Assembly (NCBI RefSeq): GCF_009834535.1
Contig: NC_045696.1
Coordinates: forward strand, 43,526,001-43,590,000
Length of the DNA: 64,000 nt
Direction: 5' to 3'
Source: Camelus ferus
Taxonomy: Eukaryota
The number at the start of each line of letters is the position of its first letter. Position 1 is the stretch's first letter. Under the pieces are notes generated by a model. The model worked only from the letters and a program-made list of their open reading frames with translations. It was not told the origin of the DNA and made no database searches. Position numbers and translations under genes: made by a program. Below are positions 1 to 12,100 of the stretch, one piece after another.

Positions 1-474
1 TGAATAAATGTGCACTATGTGACATTATTCCTCAATATGGGTTATTATCACTCAATGGCTGTTTGAAATAAAGGACCATATGGGAACTAAAGAGTGAAAT
101 GTCTGCATTGTATGGTTCTTTAAATATATTAATATGTATAAAAAGGATAATTCTCAAAACATCAGATTGAAAGTAAATTATATCAGATCCATAAGCTTAA
201 CATTTATGTTGCTGCCATCACTGAGCTTTAGGTGAATACAGTTGTGAAAAACAAAATGAATATGTGTACGTGTATGTGTGTTTATATCCTATGAGGATGA
301 CTTTATTCACTCCAACATCAGATCAAGTGGCAGAAAATGAAAGCTGAGAAACTCCCCTGATAGAACGTCCAGGAGGCCTGGCCATACACAAGTTCACGTG
401 GCTTTGAGGAAGGTGGCTTTGGTTTCCAGAAGCAGAGAAAACTGAATTAGAGAAAGGACTAAGATAAAGTCCTA

Positions 475-1519
475 TGCACAGCAAAGGAAACCATAAGCAA
501 AACAAAATGACAACCAATGGAGTGGGAGAAAATATTTGCAAATGATGTTACTGACCAAGGCTTAATTTCCAGAATATATAAACAGCTTATACAACTTAAT
601 AACAACAACAACAAAAAAAACACAAACAACTCAATACAAAAATGGGCAGAAGACCTAAACAAGCATTTCTCCAAAGAAGACATAAGAATGGCCATTAGAC
701 ATATGAAAAAATGCTCAATGTCACTAATTATCAGAGAAATGCAAATAAAAACTACAATGAGGTATCACCTCACACCAGTCAGAATGGCCATCATCCAAAA
801 GTCCAACAATGATAAATGCTGGAGAGGGCATGGAGAAAAGGGAAACCTCCTAGAAACTAAAAACAGACTTACCATATGATCCAGCAATCACACTTCTGGG
901 TATATATCAGGAGGGAACTCTTAAGTTGAAAAGATACATGCACCCCAATGTTCACAGAAGCTCTATATACAATAGCCAAGACATGGAAGCAACCTAAATG
1001 TCCATCGACAGATGACTGGATAAAGAAGCTGTAGGTATATATACATACAATGGAATATTACTCAGCCACAAAAAGAATAGAATAATGCCATTTGCAGCAA
1101 CGTGGAGGGACCTAGAGATCGTCATTCTAAATGAAGTAAGTCAGAAAGAGAAAGAAAACTATCATATAATATCATTCATATGGGGTATCTTAAAAAAAAA
1201 GGGGGACACTATGAACTCATCTACAAAACAGAAACAGACTCACAGACTTAGTAAACAATCTTAGGATTACTGGGGAAAAGGAGAGGGGAGGAATAAATTT
1301 GGGGGTTTGAGATTTACAAATGTTAGCCACTATATATAAAAATAGATTTTTTAAAAAGTTTCTTTTGTATAGCACAGGGAACTATGTTCAATATCTTGTA
1401 ATAACCTTTAATGGAAAAGACATGAAAACAAATATATGTATGTATATGGATGACTGGGATATTGTGCTGTACACCAGAGAGAGACACATTGTAATGGACT
1501 GTACTTCAAAAAAAAAAAA
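475..1519 (+). mobile_element. 5'-truncated LINE-1 (camelid-type): ORF2 C-terminus, 3'UTR and poly(A), with TSD
   Basis: ORF 517-879 is typical L1 ORF2 C-terminal sequence (EWEKIFAN...[22 protein letters not shown]...KCWRG). Poly(A) at 1508-1520. Perfect 11-bp TSD ATAAAGTCCTA at 464-474 and 1520-1530. Confidence 0.96.
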
Positions 1520-2319
1520 ATAAAGTCCTAGATCAGAGCCATGTAGATGGTCCAGGACGATTTCGCAGATCTATAGGAAGGAGGCAATAAAGGGGAAGTC
1601 AAGATATGAATGAGACTAAACGACCAAGAAGGCTGAATAAACATGACTGTATATCAGAGTGGGGATGCGGGTCATGGGAAAAATATTTGCGCTAAGGTGG
1701 AGACTTGAGAAGAGTCTTCTCATTGATTTCCATTGATAAGTTGGGCATATCTAGAGTTTGCAACAAAACAAAGGAGTGAGCAGATTAGGGCAACAAGTGG
1801 ATTGGCAGAAGTCCTATAAATAGCTTTCTTTAACTCAGTAATAAAACCTTGTGTAAAATGGAAGTGAACCACTTATTATTTATTACTTAGATGATTGATT
1901 TCTTGAATATGTGTAAGTATATTTGACAGTCCTTTATGATTGGTTTGCCGCATTCAGGTTGATTCTTATTTTGTGGTTGCTTTATTCCTTTGATAACTAT
2001 GTAAGTTTAAAAAGCTAAAGCTCTAATCTATTCTTAGAAACAGTGATTCGTACATATATGTAAACTAAAAAAATACGTTCAGTAGATTGTATATATGTAT
2101 TTACAGGCAATATAATGTATATGTGCAGTCAAACTGTAATAATTCTAATAAAACTGAAAAGGAAAATTAAAAATTAAAAAATAAATAAAATGGGAGCAAA
2201 TTGAGCTGTTATCACCTCACTCCTACTTCTTGTAGATATGGAGACATCAGTACTAGCCTTAAAAAATAAGACTTCATTATCTAAAATTCAAAAGAAATAA
2301 GTCCAAGTTTAAAAAAAAT

Positions 2320-2443
2320 CATTTATTTACTTAATCAACAAATATTGGCTGAGAAATTGCTCTGTGCCAGGACTGTTCTAGGCTTTGGTGATATAGCAAT
2401 AAACGAAGGAGACAAAAATTCATGGTCTTAGAGAGCTTACATC
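2320..2443 (-). mobile_element. L2 3'-end fragment
   Basis: caacaaatattggctgag...ctgtgccaggactgttctaggc...gagcttacat resembles the reverse complement of the L2 3' end. Confidence 0.75.
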
Positions 2444-3049
2444 AGTTTTGATATGTTGGAGTGAGTGCTAGGAACTGCTGCGGTAGGAAGGATCCTAAAG
2501 CCAACTTTACTCTCCAGAAGGGATGGGCCATGATTGTTAGCAATATCAGCCACTTGTAGGAAACATACCTGTGTGTCTGCATTTCTGCATGTGTATCATG
2601 TCTATGTTTTGCTAGGGGGTGGGCCTGATCTGTGGATTTTGATTGGCATTTGCTTACTGACAAATAAATGACAAGTTGTGAACATTCTCCTCCCATCTGT
2701 TTCCTACTTCCAAATGTGTTACATTTATCCTAGCTTCCAAAGCTGAAGTAGAGGGAAAAAATTCCCCTGAAGTATTATAAATGACTAATCTGTGCAGGTG
2801 AGTTGAAAAACTGCTAAACTATGCTGACAGATTTTGACATTTTGGGGTTACTGATTCATCTCAACAAGAAGAGGCATTTGGAAAATTTGGAATACAACTA
2901 CTGCCTTTGTTAGCTCAATGACTAGCAAATACACAGAGTTAATTACATATTTTGACCAAACCCCTTCCAATCCATATCATCCCATAACCCAGTGTGTGTA
3001 CAATTGAGGTCTCTTTCCTTTTTTCCAATATTTTAACCCAGACACGAAC

Positions 3050-3255
3050 AATAGTAGCCAACACTAGGTATATAATAGGTACTTGTCCAAAAGTTTTATC
3101 TACATTAATCCACTTAATTTTTTAAATAATTCAATGAGATAGATACATGTCCTATGATTACTCTATTTTATAGATAAACTGAGGTACAGACACTGAGAAA
3201 TTTACCCATATTTGCACAGTTAGCAAGCATAAGAGGCAGGATATGAACCAGGCAA
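3050..3255 (-). mobile_element. MIR SINE
   Basis: ctattttatagataaactgaggtacaga...cacagttagcaag...ggatatgaaccaggca matches the reverse complement of the MIR core. Confidence 0.8.
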
Positions 3256-3412
3256 GGGTCTCTATGCTTTCAGAAGTCTGTTGCCTAAATATAGTACATG
3301 CATGCTGCTTTTTTAATTTTAACTATCTTTACTTATCCTAGTTTTGAATGTCTTTATATTTCCTGATGATGATGGAAATAGAAAGGATAAAGAGAAAAAT
3401 AAAGCAACAACA

Positions 3413-3930
3413 TTGTTTCATTTATTCAGTAAATATTTGTTGTGTGCCTACTACATTGCACTAGGGACATTTCTGGTGCTTGGGATACGGTGGTGAAAAA
3501 AAAGCCAATAAATTTTAAAAATCTAGGCCCTTATTTGTAAGAGATGTCATCTAGTGATCAACACAAATAAAGAGATAAATGTTTTCAGGCAGTGAAAAGT
3601 GCTGTGAATAAACAACAAAAAAACTATAGGAATTGGTTGTGCGTTAATAACAGGTGGTCAGAAGAAGAAAGCCTTTCTGACAGGTGTGGAATGGAGTGAA
3701 TTAGCAAGTCATGAAAACACCTGCAGAATTTCTTGGTAGGGGGAAGAGCAGATACAAAGGCTATGAGGAATAATAAGGAATAATAAAGAAGACACTTTGC
3801 AGAGGAAAGACAGTTTAAATTGACAGAACCTGATGATAAAGAAGTAGCCAGGAGCTACATAAACACTGCGGCTTGTAGAGCATGGTAACACTGAATTTTA
3901 TTCACATCAGACAAGAGTCTAGAGCAGGGA
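3413..3930 (-). mobile_element. L2 fragment
   Basis: ttcatttattcagtaaatatttgttgtgtgcctactac...tgggatacggtggtgaa...aagtgctgtgaata...cagatacaaaggctatgagg follows the reverse complement of the L2 3' region. Confidence 0.75.
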
Positions 3931-4230
3931 ACAAAAAGGTCTCTGAAAATTTGCTGGTGTGAAAGGCTGAAATCTTGAGTTGAAGATGAAAAGTCCTCAC
4001 TCACAGACCTGCAGCAGGGAGTTGCCTTGCCTGGTCCCCTTGTGATTTTGTAGTCTTGTTTGCAGTATTACTGGCTGAGAGCTTGAGCACAATGACCCCT
4101 ACTTGGGGTCATCACAGCCCACAGGGCATGTATGTGAAAGACGGAAAAGTAGACATGCAAAATTTGTAAATTACTGTACTACAGAAGTGCAAATAACAGC
4201 AATTTTTGTTTAAAAAATAAAAAAGTAGTT

Positions 4231-4345
4231 GGGGGAGGGTATAGATCAGTGGTAGACTGCGTGTTCAGCATGCATGAGGTTCTGGGTTCAATCCCCTGAA
4301 CCTCCATTAAAAAATAAATAAATAAGTCTAATTACCCACCCCTTA
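4231..4345 (+). mobile_element. tRNA-derived SINE, camelid Vic-1-like
   Basis: Starts GGGGGAGGGTATAGATCAGTGGTAGA. Pol III A-box-like TAGATCAGTGG at 4242-4252 and B-box GGTTCAATCC at 4285-4294, then an A-rich (AAAT)n segment and taattacccacccc. Confidence 0.85.
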
Positions 4346-5892
4346 AATTTTCTTTTAAATCTGTAGCTTTTCATACACTTTCTATATCTCTCCTTTTTTT
4401 CCATAAACAAATCTTGTCCTAATTACCTGAATACCTTGGTAATATTTTGGACCTAATCCTCAATTGTGATGAACAATCATACTTGCCCCCAAAAGGAAGT
4501 CAACAAGAGACTCCATTGTACTGTGATCTGAGAATTTCAAAAACAACTAGAAAACAGAATATTTACTTCTAAAGTAGTTATAAGTAAAGTTAAAATAAGT
4601 TTTGAAAACTGTCAGCATTTCTACTATATATACTGGCATTCTGGGGACATAGTCACAAGAAATAATAAAAAAGATTATTGGACTCCCACCACAGTCCTAC
4701 CTTGCCCTAGTGTTTTGTACTGACAAATAAAATTTTGAAATACATAATCCTAACCTCTAATAGTTAAAAAGGATCTTTAAAATCACACAGTATAGCTCAA
4801 TGCACTACTGAACTTGGAAATATAAATAATTATTAACTCACTGAATTTCTAGAAATAACTGAGAAAGCGGTAGTCATTCAAAGAGACCTTGGCAAGTTTG
4901 AAGAACTTTACTTTGTTTCACTAGCATATGTCCTATAATTGTTAAAATAAGAGTGGTTTACTAGCTACACAGATGTTACTATGTATGTACTGCTTAGATT
5001 GAGGCCATGTCAGAAGTTTTTCTATAATCTTTTTTTCAGAATTTTATAATGCTATTGTGAAACAAAAGGATATTTGGTAAGTAAATGGCTTCCAAAATCT
5101 TAGAGACAAAATCATGACTCCAGTTCCTTATTTTCTCGTCTTCAGTCATCTAACACGAGAGAGCAAAGGTAGCAGTAAATTACAAACCAATCTGTGGGTA
5201 CCAATAAAGGAAGCATAAAATCTGACTGTATATATAGCTCCACACACACAAATCTGTCTTCAGATCTAAAATTATGAACATTTGTAGCAAAAACAAAAAA
5301 TTTCTCTTTGATAGTGATTAGGTTCAGTTACCAAAGCAAAATTAATGAATAGTTTCTAAGGTTTGTACTTCATAAGTTCTTTACTGCTGAGTCTTATGTG
5401 AGATGCATGATTTTGATGGTATCTTTCATTCCTTTTCATGGTAAAAGGTAGCCATAAGAGAGACTTTTGCTACAACTAAAGTAAAAAAAAAAAAAAAAAA
5501 AAGTGGACATAAACTTCATGTTGACTATAGTGGTGTTAAGTTCTTTTATTTCATCACAACTATGATCTGGTTTAAAAAAAAATCTTCAAATAAAACAGAA
5601 AACCCCCATGCACATATAACCATTCAAAATATATCATGAAGTGAAACAGAAACAAGCACCTTTCTCAACCAGATGATCAGTTCATACTCCAAAGTAGAAA
5701 ACCTATTCTACCAAGTGAAGCTACAGTTATTGTTTATAGGATTGAGGCCATTCTTCCAATATGTATCTACAATCTGGCCTGTAAGGAAACGTTTAAAGAC
5801 AAAAGAAAATCACTGTAAAAGGGTGTGCAAGATAAAATGAACTAACTCCTTTTATTCATTCTCTTTCCAAAAATGGAAAAGGTACATGCCTC

Positions 5893-6504
5893 AGTAGTTA
5901 CAGTTTATAAAGTTGCCTGGAACTCTGAATTAGCGAATACTGAATCATCGACCCTAGGGAAGGAACAGGATTAGGTACTTGTGAGCCGCTGGTCACAACG
6001 TCAACTGATCAATACAAAACCTTATTTAATGAGTGCTTCTGTTTAAAGACATCTTATTTTAATACACTGTTGATTCATTAGCATTAAACTTATAGCCAAT
6101 AGCACTATAGCTCCTGCCCGAAGGAAAGCTTATCTTACACATGAAATTTCTCTGTAAGGCATGTCACAGCCTTCTTACGCTTCAGAAAACTAGATAGCAT
6201 TTCAGTACTACACTTCTAAAGGCACTGTAAGCAGTGAAAGATCACCAACATAATGCACAAAAATAAGGGCAATGTAGCACTAAACAGACTGCAGAAAGGA
6301 GTAAGAGTTGACACAAGAAGGCAGAGCTTTGCCTCCTTTGACCTCAGATTTGTGTGGGCAACTCAAAATTTTGCCACTCTACACATGTGCATGTCTTCAA
6401 AAGACCTCAAAATCACTGGAATTATTGATGTTGAGGTTACAAATAAATTTTAGTGAGTGGGTTAGTTCTTAAACATGGAATCTGGGAACTGTGAGGATCA
6501 ATGG
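5893..6504 (-). mobile_element. MER82 (TcMar-Tigger non-autonomous DNA transposon)
   Basis: Colinear with the recalled MER82 consensus over ~600 bp (tgaattagcgaatactgaa...ctggtcacaac...ttacaaataaattttagtgagt...tgaggatcaa terminus). Confidence 0.85.
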
Positions 6505-9084
6505 TATTCCAATGGACTAGTTTACTAGGAAAGAAGAACTTCATGGAAAAGGAAGGAACTCTGTGCAAGTTGTGCAGAAGGCCCAGCATAAACTTTATTA
6601 TCATTCTAAAGTCAACACTAATTTCAAATTAAATTGTTATTTAATTTCACTGGATATATTATTTAAAGTAACCCCAAATTGAATTCATTGACTTTCCTTT
6701 AAAGTATCCATTTTAAATATGTAGATTATGTAAACTATCTCCTGAGGCTATTTGTTGGATAATTAAAAATACTCTTAATAGTCTAGAATACTAAAAATAT
6801 AATTGTTTTCATGTCTACATGTCTCACATAATGAACAATTAAATAAAAAGTAAGAAATTAATAAACATATACAAAACATCTTTTAAAAAATAACATCTTT
6901 TCTCTCAAAAGAAATCTGCTCAACTTACCTTCTGAGTCAAATCTCCTAATTGCTAAGGTGTGGTGGAGGACTACAGCGTGATCTGAACTACAACTGGTGC
7001 TAGATATGTAATCTGTTAGGTATGCAAAACTTGGATTTCAGTGAAATCGTATCCATTAGAAGTTGGGGATGGGTGACTAAGAAAAAACTCTGGATACCTC
7101 TCCCCTAAGTTTGAGAATTTTTTCCATAACTATCCCTAATAAAATAATATGCTTTATGAGTAGTCTTTTGAAAAGTGATAATAAAAACATCCTTGGAAAA
7201 TATTGCTATTTTAAAAGTTATCTGTATATATGTTCTAAGTAAAAATAGTGTGCTTTTCCTTGTAAACATAGCTTCAAGATAAAACTGCAACCTCCTTGCT
7301 CCAATCAGATTTCTATCTCTAAAGATAACATAAAAATTCTACATAGTTCATGAATTGTCAGAAATTATGGAAAAAAAAAAAAAAACAGTGCTCATTTTCA
7401 AAAGAAGTGAGCACCCAAAGGTTTTCTTCAGCCAGGAGCATGTGATAAATGAGAAACCATGATGTAATTTTAAATAAGCTTTTAAAAAATATATTACAAT
7501 GTGTATCATAGCCTGAGGAAATGTTATTTGATGGAACATCCTAAGTACATATTTAAGTCATGAAAGAGAAACAGCTTTTGTCAAGTAAATAAAGCAGTCT
7601 CTACCATCTCATGCATCCAATTACCACAAATGAATAAAAAGGAAAGGAGTAAATTAATTGAAATAATTATACTCTCAATTGGGAATTCAAGGTCACAGAC
7701 ATAGCTCTACCCTACTTTAAAGGGGAACAGCTAGCTGACTTTCTCCTGAGAGTGGTTCATATTGATAGTCAGGGCATCTTTAATATGCATAAGGTCCTCT
7801 AGAGTTTGCTGGACAAAAATCATTACATGAATCCAATCAGGATTTAGTTTCTATACATAAGTTGCAAGTTTGCTTAGGGCAGGTAGAAGCCATATTATAA
7901 AAATAAGCAACTAGGCAAGAACAAATGCTAGGTATTATAAATAATAATCTTAAATCTCAACTGAAATGCATTTTTGATATATGATATCATCTGACATTAA
8001 ATGCAATTTTCATTTAATAATAATAAATATTTCTTAAACACTAACATTCTTTTATCATTTATATCCATGTCACCATAAATATCTATTGTTATATGAAGGA
8101 ACCATCTCAAGAATATTCATTTCCTTGATGGAAAACCCTGTAGTTTATAAGAAATGACAAGGTAGCTGTCAGAGTGAGCTAGCAAATGGAAATCTTAGGA
8201 TATGTGTGCCATAGTTGGGAGATTTTTGATATGAGAGGACTTTCTGCTCTCAAAATATTTTCAAACTACTATAACTGAGCTTCAAATTTCACCTCTGGGA
8301 ATTCATCAGTGTCTGTCTCAGTAGATTGTCCATCTCCAGGAATTATTTATTAAACTATAAGGAATCTTAGCATGATATTTGAAAACACAGGGAGGGTAAC
8401 AAGCTAAGACTATCATTCTATGGGAGTGACACAGATCATAGGTACCTGGTGGGGATGGGGTGACAGGAGAGTTTACCTAAAATAATTTATGAACTTTTAA
8501 ACTTTGCCTAGAGCTGCCTTAGAAAGCTGTGAGTCTTGTTTTGAAATATGGCCTATATACACAATGGGAAGTTGATTGGACCACATGAACAATGTTAAAT
8601 AAGGGTATTCTAGGAAGAGGGGAGAAAAAGGCCCATGTGAATTTTCCAACAAAATTTTAAAAACAAGACAAACTTTCATAAACATTTTGTTAAATTAAAT
8701 TACATCTATGTTTCACCTCATTTACATTTTAATGTCTCAAAGAACTTCCCTTCTCTGCTGATAACTTAGGCTGAAGCCACAAGAAATTAGACACTGGGGT
8801 AGAAATGACCACAATACTTTTCTTGGATTGAAAAGAGCCAGAGCTTCTTTTATGCACATCAATCAATGAAGAAAGGAAGCTGCATTACTTAAAACAAAGT
8901 CACATCTGTCTCTGCAAAAATTCCTTACTTCTACCTACTCAAAGTAATTTGAAACTTTTCTGTAAAGAGAGCAAGTATACATGTAGGTAGAGAAAAAATT
9001 TCTATACAGCACACATGATCTCATTTGACTGCTACAAATCATCACTGAGACTGGTTGGGCACACGTTAGCAACCAAGAGAAAAC

Positions 9085-9195
9085 AAGTCTCCAAGAGGTC
9101 AAATGTTTGCCTAAGGTCACTTAATTCCTAAGTAAAAAAAATCCAGGGCTAGAACTCAAGATTTCTGTCTTTCAGACCTATTCTTTTCCTTCCAG
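9085..9195 (-). mobile_element. MIR fragment
   Basis: agaggtcaaatgtttgcctaaggtcac...ccagggctagaactcaag is the MIR core in reverse orientation. Confidence 0.65.
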
Positions 9196-12100
9196 TCCAA
9201 GCCACCTTTATGATCAGTCCTCCTAAGATGGCTGCTCTCTTGCTCTCTGTACATCCCCTGCCAGACCTGGCCTTGCCTCACCACTACCTTATTGTGCATG
9301 ATTGTTTCCTTCTTCCTAAGTTGAAAGTTTAGTCAGTAACTATCTGTGTAATCAACCAGACTCCCAGCCAACATCTGTTCTAGCCCCTGGATCAGAATGG
9401 CTCCAGTATGTTCTGTCATGAACAGGAGACAATGGCCCTCCCAACAGTAGCTAAACCGAAGAGTTGTAGGGGATGCATTCCAGCAATCACCCTGGCAACC
9501 AAGGAGCCCTTCTGAGGGCATCACACCCCATGTAACTGATAGCCTTCTCCTCCCCTGTGTAGCAATGGTTACTACCGTGTCCTGTGTGCCATAGGCCGTA
9601 TATGGTGGGCTGTCGCTCCAGGACCTTTGCCTCTGACTTGTGAGATACCCTGTCCAATGCATCATTAAAATCTCTGCCTCTGACTCTGAGTTCTTACTTT
9701 AGTCTCATGTCTTAGCAGCTGCAAGGAATCCAGGACTGTGGGGTGCAGCCCAACACCACCATACCACATTATTTCATTCAGATATTCTTACAATCCTAGA
9801 CTTCTTTTACCACCACCCAGTGGAAAGAGTTCCATCTCTTCTTCTAATCACCTTTCTTGGGTTTTTCCTGCAGCCCCAAGATATCAGTGCTCCAATCCCA
9901 TTTGCCTATTCAAGTAGTGAATCAATCATAATGAAGTGAGAAATAAGAATAAGAAAAATAGAAACAAATCCTACTTATCTTCACTGCACTCATACACTGC
10001 TCGATCTGTACCCATGCAAGTCATAGAAGAAAGGTTGTAAGAAATAAAAGACAATTTCTACAAACTAAAGATCGTAAAAAAAGGAAAGAAAAATTGTGGT
10101 TTAGCAACTCTGGAAATGGATTTGTTTATTTTTACAGTACTAAAAACCCTTACTTTATGTAACTGGTTATTTAAATTCCACTCAGCCAACTGAATAACAG
10201 GAAGTTGCCCAAGACCACTGAAGATGAGATCCAGGACACTCATCAAAGGCAGCCTAACTAAACACATTCACAATGGACATCGATTTAGGCTTGATGCCTG
10301 TCTGGTCCATGTCCCTGGTTATTTACACTGGCTTCAGTAAAACCTCCACACCTCAGCGTTGCATTTATCCAAGTAATTACTCTTTTGAGTGCCTGAAAAG
10401 ATCATGATTATCTTTTCCCAAAGCATTTGGACAACAGTCTATATGTTTAGTTAATTGTGCCTTCCTTTTCTCAATAATAAAATTTGTTAATCCTACATCA
10501 AAAATAAAAGGGCAAAGAGGCTGTTTAGGTAACTGAAAATTGGAGAGCAGTGAGCTTGCTCTACCTGAAGATCTACTCTGCTGAAGAAGTGGTATCTGGG
10601 ATACTCAAGCAGCTGAAATTTTGGATTGATTCTCAACTACTGGACACATCCAAGGGAAGGAAAACACCAGTTATTCAAAAACAATTAGTGTTGTGAAGAT
10701 ATTTCTTATGGTTGAAGGTTAATATATGTACATATGCATGAACACCTATACACACACACACACCCCTGGATAGTGTATATAAGCATGAATAGCTTGCACC
10801 ATAACAGTATCTCAGTCTTGGAAAGTACATTATCAAAGTATTACATTTATACCAGAAACATTTGTCTCCACTTAGCCTATCTCTTTGTTATTTCCATGGT
10901 ATCGATTTTTTGTTCCTTGTTTTACTTTTACTCTACCCTCAAGAATGATAATTCCAAAAGGCTAGTTTTGAATGATGCAAAAGGAAAATAAAACAATATC
11001 ATCAAAAAAGAAAAATCAGAATCTGTTTATAGATTTTTCTCAAGTTGTTTTATTTGTTTACATGGTGGATTCTTTTAGTAAATGGTGAACTTTTTCTAGG
11101 CCAAACTCTGCTTTCTTTGTTTTTTTCCAGTCTGTCTCTTTCTTGGACCTACCACAGCACTGAATCCTGGATTGGACACAGATTAAACACTGAAATCTTT
11201 CACAAAAAAATCCACAAAACAAAAACAACAAAAAACAGTCAAATAATTCTCCTATATTATATAGTGATTCCCTTTCATTTCTCTGAATTTTTATTTGTAT
11301 TCTGAAAATGGAAGCAGTACCACTTTCAAAAATGTGGAATTGACAAAGCTGGATATGATACCACAGTAGAAAACTAAATACTTCTAATATTCTCCCTATT
11401 GGGGTCTATACCAGAGCACAGTTATGCTTTTTAGGATAGAACTGCTCCATATAAACCACTGAGGAAAAATATCCCCCTGACAAAGTATTAATAATTAATT
11501 CAGAAATGGTTAGATACGTGTAAGAATGGAATCTTGTACTTTGAAGTTGTAAAGACAGTTCCCAGTGAGGTCTTTAACGTCCACTGAAGAAGAAGCAAGG
11601 CACAGTGAGAGAATAAAGATTTCTCACATTGGGGAGCCCTGACTATCTTTCTGCAGTGCAAATCCGAAAGCCTGAATGTCTCCACAATGTCATCAGAGAG
11701 AAAGAACCAATCAAGTGAACATGTATTATCTAAAAGGTGCTCTGCTGTTGGGTAAGATACCAAGACCTGCCAATAGTTCTAGCTCTAGTCTATTTTTTTT
11801 AAAGGGCAGCAAGTGGTCCTGAATATATACTGATGAAAAATACGTGAGTTGACATTTTAAAATTCAGGCAGAATAGCTGTGCTATCATCTTAAATGATAC
11901 TCAACGTCCATAGGGCTTTGGAATTATACTTCTCAATGCCGTATGAGTCAAAGTCAGGAAGAAACGCCACCCGAATTTTCACACTAAACTAGCTTCTGTC
12001 AGAAGATCCCTTAACGACAGCTTTGAATCTGCCAGATAGGTAAGCAAATTATATTGAATTCCAGTGTCCTTGTGATTGTTTTTGGAACCCCTGTTACCTC

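Noticed and set aside
517..879. 120-aa ORF as a host gene
   Set aside because: It is the C-terminal fragment of L1 ORF2 in a 5'-truncated copy.
1706..1722. Palindrome tgagaaga-g-tcttctca (similar short hairpins near 26430 and 62408)
   Set aside because: Arms of 7-8 bp are expected by chance in 64 kb.
4231..4305. Possible tRNA gene
   Set aside because: No proper acceptor stem or T-run terminator; it is followed by a SINE-type tail.
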